From positions 40,052,001 to 40,116,000 of the forward strand of contig CM114271.1 in assembly GCA_050084515.1 (NCBI GenBank): 64,000 bases of DNA. The letters are read 5' to 3'. The notes beneath the pieces are model-generated. The model was not told the DNA's origin, ran no database searches, and saw nothing but the letters and a program-made list of their open reading frames with translations. Of the stretch, positions 12,885 to 25,200 are shown in pieces. Origin of the DNA: Blasia pusilla (Eukaryota). The position numbers and the translations under genes were made by a program. The number at the start of each line of letters is the position of its first letter. The first letter of the stretch is position 1.

Positions 12885-13575
12885 ACAACCCAACGGCTTC
12901 GACGGGTTGCACGCTTCCCGAGGGTTCAAGGCATCCGTCATCGTGGCAACCCGTCGGAGTCTGACAGGTTGGGCGCCTCCGCCGTCCTGGGACGAGAATG
13001 CGAGGTGCTCGAGCAACCCGTCGGAGACCGACAAGTTGCGCGCCTCCGCTGTCTTTGGACAAGAACGTGAGGTACCCGCGCAACCCGTCGGAGACCGTTG
13101 GGTTGCACGCTTCCCTCGTCAAGGGAAAGCAACGCGAGCTTCTCGCGCAACCCATCGGAGGCCGACAGGTTGCATGCTTCCTTCATGTAAGCGAAACAAG
13201 GCGAGGCCCTTGCGCAACCCGTCTGAGGGCCATGGGTTGCACGCCTCGTCGTCTTTGGGCAAGAAGGTGCGGCATCCACGGAACTCCTCGGAAACAGACG
13301 GTTTGCACGCTTCCTTAATGTAAGTGTTACACCGTGAGATAATTGGGCAGCCCGTCTGATGCCGACGGGTTGCGCGCCTCCGCCGTCTTCGGGCAAGAAG
13401 GCGCGGTACCCGCGCAACTCGTCGGAGAGCGACGGGTTGCCAGCTTCGTTCATGTTTGCATTACAAGTTGAGGCAAAAGCGTGCAACCCGTCCGAAGCCG
13501 ACGTGTTGCACGCTTTGCTTAGCTTGGGTTAATAGTTGAGGTATTAGGGCAACCCGTCGGTTATCGACAGGTTGC
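12885..13575. repeat. Array of 11 palindromic 27-bp cores (consensus GCAACCCGTCGGAnTCCGACGGGTTGC) separated by 35-42-bp variable spacers; period ~67 bp
   Basis: Cores start at about 12885, 12946, 13013, 13080, 13147, 13214, 13280, 13347, 13414, 13483 and 13549. Further copies at ~13624, 13783 and 13859. Confidence 0.92.
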
Positions 13576-13978
13576 ACGCTTTCCTATCCCTCGGGAAATA
13601 ATGCAACAACGTATTGTTCCGAGGAAACCCAATGCAATCCGACGGGTCACAAGATGTACCGTGAGTTGGACAATCCCGCAAAAGTCCCCAACGATTGGTT
13701 GCCCTAGCATAAGCAAGCGATATCTTGTGTTTGATACTAGCAAAATCGCCTCAAAAGATCTTCGGTCGGCAAGAAGGGGGTACCAACCCAACGGACTCCG
13801 ACGGGTTCCAACAAAATGAAGTGTGCTTCGCAACCCACGTCTCTGCTTCCCAAATGCTGTAACCCATATGACTCCGACAGGTTGCAACAGAATTGAATCC
13901 ATTGTGTCAGACAATTTCACCTACCAAACTTCATCTTGTCAGTCAAATTCTGTCAAGAGAATCTGAGTTCCTGTTCAC

Positions 13979-13985
13979 TATAAAT
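13979..13985 (+). promoter_or_regulatory. Putative TATA box of the transposase gene
   Basis: TATAAAT followed by a pyrimidine-rich stretch, ~65 bp before the long ORF at 14049. Confidence 0.4.
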
Positions 13986-14048
13986 TAAACATTCTCATTC
14001 TCATTCTCAGTCTCCTCCCATTGGAATCTTCTGGGAATTGATAATTAT

Positions 14049-17000
14049 GTGAAGCTCACTTGTGGCAGTCATCTAGCGGCCCTTCCTCAATCAGAAATCG
14101 TTCGACCGCAAGGTCTTGAGTCTTTCATAGTAGTGGATGAAATTTTTCTCTCTATTCGATTTCTTCTCCAAATTGGAACCATCTTTGTATCCAAGGATGT
14201 TAGGGTGGACGGTACGGAGGACGTAATAGGTGAGACAGTCCAACCAGTGATTGCAAACCGTAAAGTATGGAATCTCCTACCTCTAGCAAATGGTCAATAC
14301 AGAGTTTACGGCTTGCCTCTGAATTCCTCTGTTTCCCAAGTAGATGGTCAAGAATATCCTAATGCACCGAGCTCTACGTTTGCAACTCCTAGCTCATTAG
14401 ATCCGGGTTCGACTCCAACTTCACACGCTCGTAACAATGTTGTTCTTCTTGAAGAGATTCCGGATGTTATCAACCTCAGTGGATCTGTCGGACACCAACC
14501 GGGCCCTCTGTCCGCCTACTCGTTCCTCTTGCGAGTATCAGGCAATAGTTTGCTTTCGTCTCTGGCCTTGAAATTGTTCAAGCACATTCTTGTCGACGAG
14601 TTGCCGCCCATGTACGATGGTAATTGCATTTTTGAGTTGCCTCCACTTGCTGCTCCTGCTCAAAAGAAAGATGGAGGACGCCTGAAGGGTATGGACAGAA
14701 AGTCTGATTTTCATCGATGGTGCAGGCTTCAACGGACTAGTGCTTCAATTCCTGATGGTCCTTGGATTGTCTCTCGCCGCCAATACGTTGGAGCCTTGGA
14801 GTGTAGAAGTCCAGCATGCCTGTATCTAGAGCGCAATGGGCGAGTCAATACGTCGCAATTTCCCCCCAAGAATGCGGAAACTCCATACGAGGTCAGTGCC
14901 ACCATACCGCCGGGAGGCCATCGATGTCCTCAGTGTCAGGCATCGCCCTTCTGCGTTGGAGCGTGTCCTGCATACATATTTTTCATTGTCCACGACTTGG
15001 GCTCCACGTCAAAGTACACAAGGCTGGCAGTTCATGTTGGCTCCCACACTCATCCTGTGACCGATGCAATTCAGAGACACATCAAGGAGGATGGGGCGAA
15101 GAAAGTTGCCGAGGTCTACAGAAACTCTCCGGGTTCAAAGCCCGGAGTGATCAAGCTCACAACAACATCACAAATTTTTGAACAATTTCTTGGAATCCCT
15201 GGACAGGGCGAGATCACGGCGGCTGAGGAGAAACAACTCTGGGAAAATCTCGCATTTCTCGCTGATCCTAAATGCTTCCGAAATTTGTTGCGTCAAATAC
15301 GGGTTCTGGATGGAAAGAGGGCCGAAATGGATGCCATTGCCATAATCAAGGCCAACTCCAGATTTCCATTCATTCAGAGATGGCAGTTCATGGGCCAAGG
15401 AGGCGAGGGATCCATGGCCTATGTCTTCAAAATGTCAACCACAGGTCCGTCGAGTGGCCTCGATCTTATAGATCGCATGAGGGAAGGGGAAGATCTTTAC
15501 GGCAGCTAGGTAAGGTTTGATATTTGCTACAGAGTGCTGAACGGATGGTTGACAATGGGTGCTCACGTTTATAACCATGTGGAGAAGGGACTCAAAACTA
15601 TATTTGTATGTGAAGTAAAGGCAAAAGACGTTGGCAGTTTGAAGATGTGCTGGTTACTCTTATTGGAGGTGATGAAGGAAAACAAAAGGCCACCTCCGGA
15701 AATTTATGGGTTCATGGCGGACAATGCACAACCTGGGTGGATTGCTATCCGGGAAGTGTTATGGGGTGGAGAGGTTCAAGCGGAGAGGGAAAGGTCGGAT
15801 GCTTTCCATTGGCATTATGATGATCTGTGACCAGTACACCAAATCTTGCATCAAGGAGAATAAGAGGACAGAGCATGTCACTCTACTCCAACGCTGCAAG
15901 GACAACAAAACCTTGAAACAGGCCATGGAATGCCAAGAAGAACTTCATGGGTGGTGGAGGAAGCATGCGATTGAGGGGAAGTACAAAGAGTTGTGCTCTT
16001 GGTTGAGTTGGTGGACTGTACGTATCAGACAATGGGGAAACTTCATGCGGCAGGTGAGTTCAGTATTTTGTCTTGTCAAGCTCATGCTGAGAATTGTTTG
16101 TAAATTGCAGCTCAAGTTGAGAAGCGTGGGAACTATAGGGATTTCAAACCGAAGAAACCAAGCAAGTTGTCGGATGCGACGGGTTGCCGGAGTGTGCAAC
16201 CCGTTGGAAACCGACGGGTTGCATCCAAAATTTTGGTGCAACCCGTATACAAGTATGCAAGTCGCATGTATACAAGGCCTGCAAATAGTTCGACCCGGAT
16301 GGGTTTCGGATGACTTGCACTTGGATCTTCCAGCCCGTAGTGGCCAAAGGTTCTTGCAACCCGTCTGAATCTGACGGGTTGCACTAGGTGGGTTTAGGGT
16401 CGTTCATGAGATGCCTCGGCCTTGCAACCCATCTGGTTCCGACAGGTAGCTTATTTCTTTGACTCTCGAGCTATTTTCGTTCCCTTCTAACATTGACGTC
16501 ATTGCAGGGATTGAACATTCATGAAAATTCCCTCTCCCCCAACACAAGTGGAGCAGAAAGTGTTCATTCCTCTTGGAGGTCATCACAAGCATGCCAACGA
16601 ATTTCACTTGTGGAGGCATGCCAACAAGACCAGGCAAGAGCAATGCTACAGTGTGCAGCATCCCATATCTTCCTCACTAAAGGCATAACAAAAGGAAGGG
16701 GATCGTCGATCTACGAGCTCTATGTCAGGGCAGTTGTGAGATCTGGTGATGAAAAACTGTACGTGGAAGCCTTCAACCGGTGCGTAGCTGGAACTCCCCT
16801 CGAGCAAGACGTACACATTGGTGGGGATATTCGTGGGCGGGTTTCAAGACGTCCCATACAGATGGTGGTAGAGCAGTCCGAGCGAGACTCGTGGAGACCA
16901 GATAAGTATCTTGACTTCAGGTAGGTGAAGAGGCAGCATCGAGGAACGAATCCGGTGATTGATTTGGATGAGGAAATTACGCCGCCCAGGTATTCGGTGA

Positions 17001-18009
17001 CCCCGAACCGCTCCCAAATCCGTGATGGAGACCCTTCTCCAAAATCAGTGAATGTCTTATTTCAAAAGCCCTCCGTTGCTGGAAGTTCGCAACATCCGGT
17101 CATTGGGTGGTTCAACAATATGGGATTCCGGTAATAGAGGTGGATTGCAACCTAAAACGGTGGCATATATCTCAGAGCAACCCAAGACGTGGACCCACCT
17201 GCAGGGCGGGATCTGATGGCATTAGGAGAGCATGCGGCACTTTCCTAAATAAGAACTGTACAAGGACTGGACGACCACTGCCTGGGTTTTGGGGACTCAA
17301 AACCTGTGATCGTTTCACGAGGACCGGGGATCAATTGAAGTACTTCTTCTGCCCAAATGAATCTTGCGCTTTCCGCAAGTCTTATCCGGCTGCCATTGGA
17401 GCTCTGGGGAATACCCCCACGATTTGGCCCATGGCCGCAGGTACGAACTGCACTCAAGACGAAGTGGACAATCTTACAAGTTCCGGTTTCAGACTCGTAG
17501 ACGGGGGAAGTTTGGAGCATGTTCGGATTACAGAGACCTTCGCATTTCAAATTTAACCCAAGATTAATGTCAACATGTATCCGGAGAAGGTGGATGATCT
17601 CAATCCACTATTTCTGTTTGAGTCTAGAAATGGGATGAAGAGAAACAGAATGTGTAGGCCAATGGTGGAGAGAGCAAAGCGAATTGCATCAGATCGGGAG
17701 GCAAAAAGGGAGATCATCGCCACGAAAGATGTCGTGCGTGGCAATGGAATAGGAAGGATGTATTGGGTCAGGAACGACACTGTAAATTCAAGTGTCACAG
17801 GGGTGTATGTGGTGCACATCTGTTGCTTTCCCACATGTTCATGTGATGACTTTGTCCAAAGAGAGACAAGTGGCAAAAGGTATTTCCCTTGTAAGCACAT
17901 GTACTATGTGTTGCTCGTAGTTTTAAGAGAGTTGGAGGTAGGAGTAGGAATCCACCAACCAATTCTGTCGCTCAAAGAAGTGCAAAGTATTTTAAACAAA
18001 CCACTTTGA
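14049..18009 (+). pseudogene. Mutator-like transposase: GCM/WRKY-like Zn domain, DDE core, extra Cys cluster, C-terminal SWIM finger
   Basis: GALEC..PAC...CPQC...CPA...HVGSHTHP (GCM-like); S*VRFD...GWLTMGAHVY; FMADNAQ; AFHW; WLSWW; TSGAESVHSSW; CSCDDF...PCKHMYYV (SWIM). Phase-0 intron 16054-16507. Stops at 15507, 16922 and 17554; frameshifts near 15820 and 17110. True start uncertain. Confidence 0.8.
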
Positions 18010-18968
18010 GGATGCAAAATGAGGTTTTAGATTGTACTTTCATTTTTCAAGAACCTTCACTTTGAGCTTGAACTTTATTCAGTCTAGGGCAAATGGTAGA
18101 TTGTTTCCAGACCTTGGATGGAAAAAGTGATTGGTTCCACAATTATGATTCCACAGATTTTTCAGTTTTGTAAATTTTGTGCAATTTGCAACCGGTCGGA
18201 CTCAGATGGGTTGCCAAAATATGGAAGGAAAAAAAACTGTGGGACTGCTTAATAATTGAGCAAAAAAGTGCAAAAAATTCACACAAAAATTTTCCTCTCT
18301 TCAACCCAACGGAAACTCTCTTCAAATCATAGGAAACTCTCTTAAAAAAAAGTATCTATGTCGGTTGAAGGTAGTTTCCTCTCTCCTCTCTCCTCTCTTC
18401 TCTCCTCTTACCGCACCTCGGGTAGGGAGTGTGACAATACAAAATATGATTAAATCACTAAAATGTATTAGAAGTCTTGGAGATACAAATTGGTATAACC
18501 CGTCTATGCGCTCATAGTAGAGCTTGGATGGAACTTGAACATGGAGATAACTTGACATAAGAGAATGCGCTACCGTTGCGGTTGTCGGACTATTTGACTA
18601 TTCGGAGAATTAGAAATTTTTACCTATTTTTTCTTTATTTCTATTAATAGATTTTTTTGCATCAAAATGCACCGCACCCTGATACAATATAGGGTTAGAT
18701 GATCATGATAATGCTACCCCATAAACCATCTATGTTAAATTATCATATTTCATTTGATATCTAAGTCGAAATCATCAATCTAGACTTCTCCTCGTATAAG
18801 GGGATTGATCAGATCAATGTTGCCCAATAATAAGTGGATGTTGAGACTCCAACTGGAAGAAATATTATATCGTTCATCTTTGTGTGTAAACTACTTTTTC
18901 ATAAAGATGGTAAATATTATGAGACTTTGTAAATATTGAGGAATTTATTTTTACACCTTGAATGTATA

Positions 18969-19607
18969 TCCATACTATAATGCGCAACCCCACAAGTATA
19001 ATAAGACAAGATAGTAACCATAATAGGACAAGATAATAACATGTTACTATTTTTTCTTTAATGTATTCATTTGGTAACTTACTATGGGTTTGAGAAGAAA
19101 TGATTTAAATATAATTTGATTGGTGGGAATTATATTTATGGGAGAGTGGTTTAGTGGTGATTTTATGTATGTGAAGAATGAGTTAAAACTTAGTAATAAT
19201 TATTGTAGGAAGTATTGAGATTTAATTTGAGTGGTGAGGGTTATATTTATGGGAGAGTGGTTTAGTGTTGATTTTATGTATGTGAGGAATGGGTTAAAAC
19301 ATGGTAGTAATTGTTGTAGGAAGTAGTGGGATTTAATTTGATTGGTGGGGTATATATTTATGGGGGAGTGGTTTAGTGGTGATTTTATGTATATGAAGAG
19401 TGGGTTAAAACTTGGGTAGTAATTATTATAAGAAGTAGTGGGGTTTAGTTGATTGATGGTGATTATATTTATGGGGGAATGGTTTAGTGGTGATTTTATG
19501 CATGTGAGGAGTGGGTTAAAAAAAATTCCACTCTTTAATTTCATTTTTTTCTAATAATTCTTTACAATAATATCTCTTTTTGTGCGTAGCACAGGCATGC
19601 TAACTAG
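18969..19607 (+). mobile_element. Non-autonomous Helitron-like element with four 111-bp tandem repeats
   Basis: 5' A|TCCATACTATAA; 3' hairpin TGTGCGTAGCACA followed by CTAG|T. The motif ATTTATGGG.GA.TGGTTTAGTG recurs at 19134, 19245, 19356 and 19467. Confidence 0.6.
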
Positions 19608-21740
19608 TATGTAAGAGTAGGTATCCATTATTACCCCCATTATCCCTAAACCAAGTTCACTTCCTCAAGGGCAAGAAAAAACCAAAAAGGTGATGAATAG
19701 TATTGGAATATAGTACGAGACAAGCCATGTATGCCCCAATGGATTTGTCCTTCTTTTGAAGGATCACAAAGATCATGACTATTGTCCCACTTGCTGAAGA
19801 AAAAAAAAAGGACACAAAAGATGTAAGGGAATACATGCATATGATGCAGTTTCACTTGACGACTCTTCCAAGGGGTTCAACTTGAAGTGAATATCGTGTT
19901 GGGAAGATCCATGATTGTTGAACACATGTTGTTATCTTGGCATATATTTTGGGTTGTAGACTTTGGGGTATTCACCTTGTTTCAAGTTTGGCCTTGAGTT
20001 AGATGGACGTGGGTCCAAGGCATTGAATTAAGTCGTTTATCAGGAGCTTCGTAATAGATTTCTAGTTGATGACTCCTTGAGAATAGATAGGAAGTTACCT
20101 CCAATGCATGGAAGGAGATGTGGGAAAAATGGAAGGAGGTAGAGGCTCGATGTATGAGTCCTTATGATGCTTGCATCAATTGGTGGAGTATTTTCTATGA
20201 GTTTCCATATTGGTAAATACATTTTTACTCTTGAATTCTATAAGATGGTGAACAAATATTCATCCTTTATAGAATGGTGAATAGTTTTACCTCATGTATA
20301 GGTTCATAAAATATTCCCCACCTCCTTTTGAAGGTGGTAAAATACAATTTACCTATATAGGGTGGTAAAATAAAATTTCTTTTGAATAGGGTTGGAAGAA
20401 ATTCTTTATCTCCATTGAAAAATGGTAAACTACTATTTATCTTTATATAAGATAGTAAAATATATTTCATATTTGGATTGGTGAGTAAACTATGTTTTAG
20501 TCCTCTATAGGGTGGTAAAATAAATTATACCCTCTGTATAGGGTCATAAAAATTTATTTATCCTCATTTTTAAGATGGTAAAATATGTTTTTCTCCTTTG
20601 TAAGATTGTTAAATACATTTTACTACATATATAGGGTCGTAGGATATTGTTTATCCCATCAATTGATCCTCTTTTGTTATTTCGCAGGTCTTATTTGTGT
20701 GAAGGGTGCTAGACTTCATCCTTATTGAGGTGAATGTAACAATGAGTCTTGTGGAAACATTGTGTGGGATGAATGATGGCATTCCCTTGAGGGAGGATTG
20801 TGAGGAGGCAAGAATGCACAATGATGTACGGGTGAGGATAGAACAATGCCTCATGTCTCATGGGTTGTTCCAAGACAACAATGAAAGGTCATGAACGAGG
20901 ATGTTGTTAAATTACGATCCCGTACATGACACTCATCCAAGTTATGTAGTGCGTATGGTAAAGCACTCCATGGTTTACCATCAAGACTAACGTCTTAATT
21001 GGCATAAGATAATTGAGCATGTGTCGCCGGTAAGTATAGCAACATATCTTCCACACAATGACATGAAGCCACTCAAGTTAGCAAGAAACTGGCTTTCAAA
21101 TTTGATAAGGTATCTCCTACTTATAGCCTCATGTTGGAATCCTTAAGACGGTTCTTTACCCCATGTTAATAATTACAACTTAATTTGCCTTTGTAGAACA
21201 CAATAAAGTCCTCTTCTGCCACCTTCTAGAGGTTATAAATATCTTATTATGCAGCGTATAGACATGGTAAGTATAAAATTACCCCACATATAAGGTGATA
21301 AAGTCCATGACTTTTGTATGGTCATACATACGATCGATTCTTCATGGTTTTGCCTATTAATAGGTAGGTTTACTTGAAGGAGATCAATCGAAATCGGAAA
21401 AACATTCCAAGATGAAGCATTTATGAGATATTCGAGTTGGTCTTCCTCAAATTTAGGGTCGTGATATGGAGGTGTGATTGATACAAGAAATTTCTGTTTA
21501 TGCGGAGGACTCTTGTGTATTATAATTGCAACTTCTTTTGAGTGAAGCATACATAATTTCTTTTCCTATCACTAGATAGATAGACAAACCTTTTCTATAT
21601 CCCTCCCAATATAACTAGTTTATTTTTTGTAAGAGTCTTTATAAGGGTGATCATATGTAGTCCTAAGAGCTCCCCTCCCTATATCTTCTCTAGTGGTTTC
21701 AAATGAGGATTTAGGTGAGGGAGCATGTTAGGATGACATG

Positions 21741-22295
21741 GGTTGGAGAATATTCCATTGCTTATCATTTTGAATACAAAAGAATTAAGACATTTTTTCT
21801 TTTTTCATTTAGGATATTGGACATCACCCTTGTTGGATATTTTTTGGTCTTTAACAAATCTACATGTTCCTCTTTTAGTTAATTAAGATCTTGATAAAAG
21901 AAAATCCTCTTTAACTGTCTCCCATATTCTACAACACATAGTATTCCTAAACTAAGCTCCTTTGTGTTTTGTAAATAACACATAGCCTATATTTAGTTTC
22001 CCCTTTATAAGGTTGGAGAATATTTCATTACTTATCATTTTGAATACAAACAAACTTATGACATTTTTTCTTCTTCATTTAGGATAATGGCAATCGCGCT
22101 TGTCTCGTCTTACTTTTTGTTGGATAGAGTTTGGTGTCTAACAAATGCATACCTCTTCATGTTCCTCTTTTAGTTAATTAATATCTTGATAAAAAATCCT
22201 TTTTAATTGTTTCCCTATTTCTACAAATATAGTATTTCTAAACCAAGCTCTTATGTGTTTTGCAAATAATGGGTAGCCTATACTTAGTTTCCCCT
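21741..22295. repeat. Diverged ~270-bp tandem direct repeat (two copies)
   Basis: GGTTGGAGAATATT.CATT.CTTATCATTTTGAATACAAA at 21741 and 22011, with similarity continuing to TAGTTTCCCC in both. Confidence 0.8.
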
Positions 22296-25200
22296 TGTAT
22301 AAGGTGGTAAAAATAGTTCTTACCACCCTATAACCCATTTTTAGGAAGTATTTTTTGAGATTAACACTCGAATACGATGATAAGTACAAGTTTATCCTTT
22401 AATAGACACACTAATTTGTTTTGAATAAAACCTACCCAAAACATCCACAATTTTAGGATAGGGAAGGGAGAACCATTGTAATCCATGCTACCTAATTTTC
22501 AACCCTTAAACCTTTAGTATCATATTGAGATCCATTTCTAAAACACGAGATTATTTCAAAAGTTCCCAATAAAGAAAACAACAATTTTTAGAATTTAAAT
22601 TTAAGATCAAAACCATGGAATTTTTTTTCCTACAAATGTAAACTTAAAATTTCATACTAATCCAATGGTCCTAAATTCTTCTTAGAGAGATATGCTCAAT
22701 GATCTCTTAAGAATAAAACAAGATAATTCCAATATACACATTTCCACTACCACAAATTGGATCATTTCAATTCCAACTTCTTACATGTGATACTTCTTTC
22801 AAATTTATGGTTATATTCAGCTCTAACATGTTGTGGGGGGTCGTCTCGATGTCTTTTGATTTCCAAAAAACCATTCATATGTCATGATATGGCCAATTTT
22901 AAACTCAAAATTCTACAAAAAAAACCATCGAAGGAGTGTGGGTCCTCAAAGTCTATTTTAGTGTAAGAACCATACCCTAAACATTATCCAAACTATAAAT
23001 AAAATAAAATAAAATTACTATTCATAAAATAGAAAAATGATGGTCTTGAAAACTTGGGATAAAATGTTAGGAAATAAGTATTCTTCCAGCCCTAGTTTAG
23101 CAATTCTCTTCACAGAGAAGGAAAATTTCAACTTCAAAAAACATCTCTAAAAAAATCTTCTCTCCAAGAGTGTCTTTTTCCAAAACTATCAAGTCATGCG
23201 AAAAGACTTACGGAAAGGGAATTACCAATTTCTTGCATGGGTCTACCTTAAAGTATTACTCCTTAGAAGCGATAAGTTCTGACGTCACCAAACCATTACC
23301 ACAATAGAAATGGTAAATGATAAATAAATCAAACCCATGGGACCCAAAGGGTTAAGAGGCTAAGGAAACATCATAAATAATATACCAAATGAGGAAAAGA
23401 CCTTAGAGGCCTAATCCTAGCCAATTCCTAGAGCAGTCGAACGATGAATATAACAGCCTAAATCATAAGGCATTAATCATAGTAAAGAACAGAAATTTTG
23501 CAAATCAATTTTACGAGCTAGTGTAATCATTTCATATTATGTAGCAAATATATGTTCTTCATCCTGAATACTTCCTATGTCACTTAACCTATAAATTCCT
23601 TGACTTCATTCAATGTTGAGCCAACGTCCTTTTTAGATGCCTAGTTTATGAGACCCACTTTGTTGCTGTGCAATAATATGCCGTAAGAAAGTGGAGATTC
23701 CCGCAAGTGGATACTCTTGTTCACAATATATAAGCATAGGATTAATATGAAGTTGACTAGACTTGATTTTTGTGCTTGGAATGCTCCAAAAAATGTTGAG
23801 AAATCACTTTTGTAGATGCTCACGAAATGCCATAGGTTTCAAGTCTCAATCTGGTTTAGTCACATCTCATTTTGTAGACCAAATCACCATATTTGTAATC
23901 CATCGTATGGGGCATGTGGCTCTCAAAGCTTGATGAGGGAGACAAGAAATATCGAAATATCTCACCTTTATAATATAAGTGATGGTCAAGTAGAGAGCTT
24001 CCTTCTCAAGCAATAGACAATATGTTTCCACAAGAAGAATAACATCAGGAGTTTGGTTTCTCACATCCAATTCTTCTTGTAGAAAGATCTTTGATACCCT
24101 CTCGCTATAGAAGGAAAAGGCTCTTTGTACTACTCGATAAGCATGTACTCCATTGGTAAAAACTTTTCATAATATGATACATATCATTTTCATGAATCAA
24201 CTACTAACTCAACTTACAAGACTTATAACCATCCCAAATATACGGTGAAATTAAAACTTTATTTTCTTAACCCCCTCAAATGCCATCCCACGTAAAGCTA
24301 CACTACCCCACACATCTATTTTCATTCCCAAAAACCTTCTAAAATTTTTTCCTTGATAAAAAATTTAACCACATCAATCCTTTGGATAAAACGAATATAC
24401 ACAAAAAAGCTAATTTTTTCCTCCTCCCCTCCTATAAATTTAGGGGAATAATTCCTCGATTTATGATGTCTAAGATGTCATAATTTAATGTTAAGAGGAT
24501 GTCCATGTCAATTTATGATGTGTTTCAAGTTGTAATAAACCACACTTTATGACGTTGTAGATGACTTTAAATGATACCCTCATTACAATGTTCTATACAT
24601 TGCAAACATTTACAATTACAAAACCACCGATGTAGGAAAGTTTATGAGATATTTCCGACATACCGAGGGTTAGAAAGCTCAAGTAATATGTTAAGGGGGT
24701 TGTAAATATTTTGTGGGTGGGAGGAGAGGGATGAAAGGGTGGTCTCTAGTAAGCCAATTCTAGAAGCGTAAGACCCTCCATAGAGAATCCGATCCCCACT
24801 CTTAATCTTATGGAAATTTGGGTTATGTTTCTACGCAAATTCTTCCCATACAAACTTCTACCCCAAAATAACAAACCACCTACCTCAAGTTATTGTGAAC
24901 ATCCCCATAAGCCACTTAATGGGGAATATGGTCCCCACCCTACAGAAAGAAAAAGCAAATGTATTATGATCTATACACCGCTAGGGATGAGAAGTGCTCA
25001 TTTGTCATCTTGCAAGTTTTTTTTTACATTTGCGACTACTTTGCAAGTCCAATACGAGTTGAATCTAGTTTGGGATAGTTATGAGCTTTGTAAGTCCCAC
25101 TAGACGATAAGGACTCGTAAGCATTGAGATTTGCGAGTGAGCCTCACAAATAACTCGCAAAGTGCAATATTGAGCATTGCAAATGTTGCATAAACACATT

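Larger units (their letters stand above)
6498..18412. mobile_element. Giant Mutator-like (MULE) DNA transposon with a divergent cargo gene and internal palindrome sites
   Basis: Contains a MULE-type transposase (+) and a ParB/MTase-like gene (-). Both ends are built from inverted GAAGAGAGG-type repeats (6500-6553 versus 18364-18412). The 27-bp palindrome family was seen only inside this interval. No convincing TSD, so the ends are approximate. Confidence 0.7.

Noticed and set aside
12885-13575. True CRISPR array
   Set aside because: Repeats are degenerate, spacers are related to one another, no cas-like genes are visible and the context is eukaryotic. Reported as a palindrome array instead.
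12792-13920. Many overlapping ORFs with CNPSxSDGL or RRVA repeats
   Set aside because: They are translations of the GC-rich palindrome on both strands, not evidence of a protein.
20200-20650. Degenerate short repeats (GGTGGTAAAATA / CCTATATAGGGT) suggesting DNA-transposon subterminal arrays
   Set aside because: Unit length and termini could not be defined by eye.
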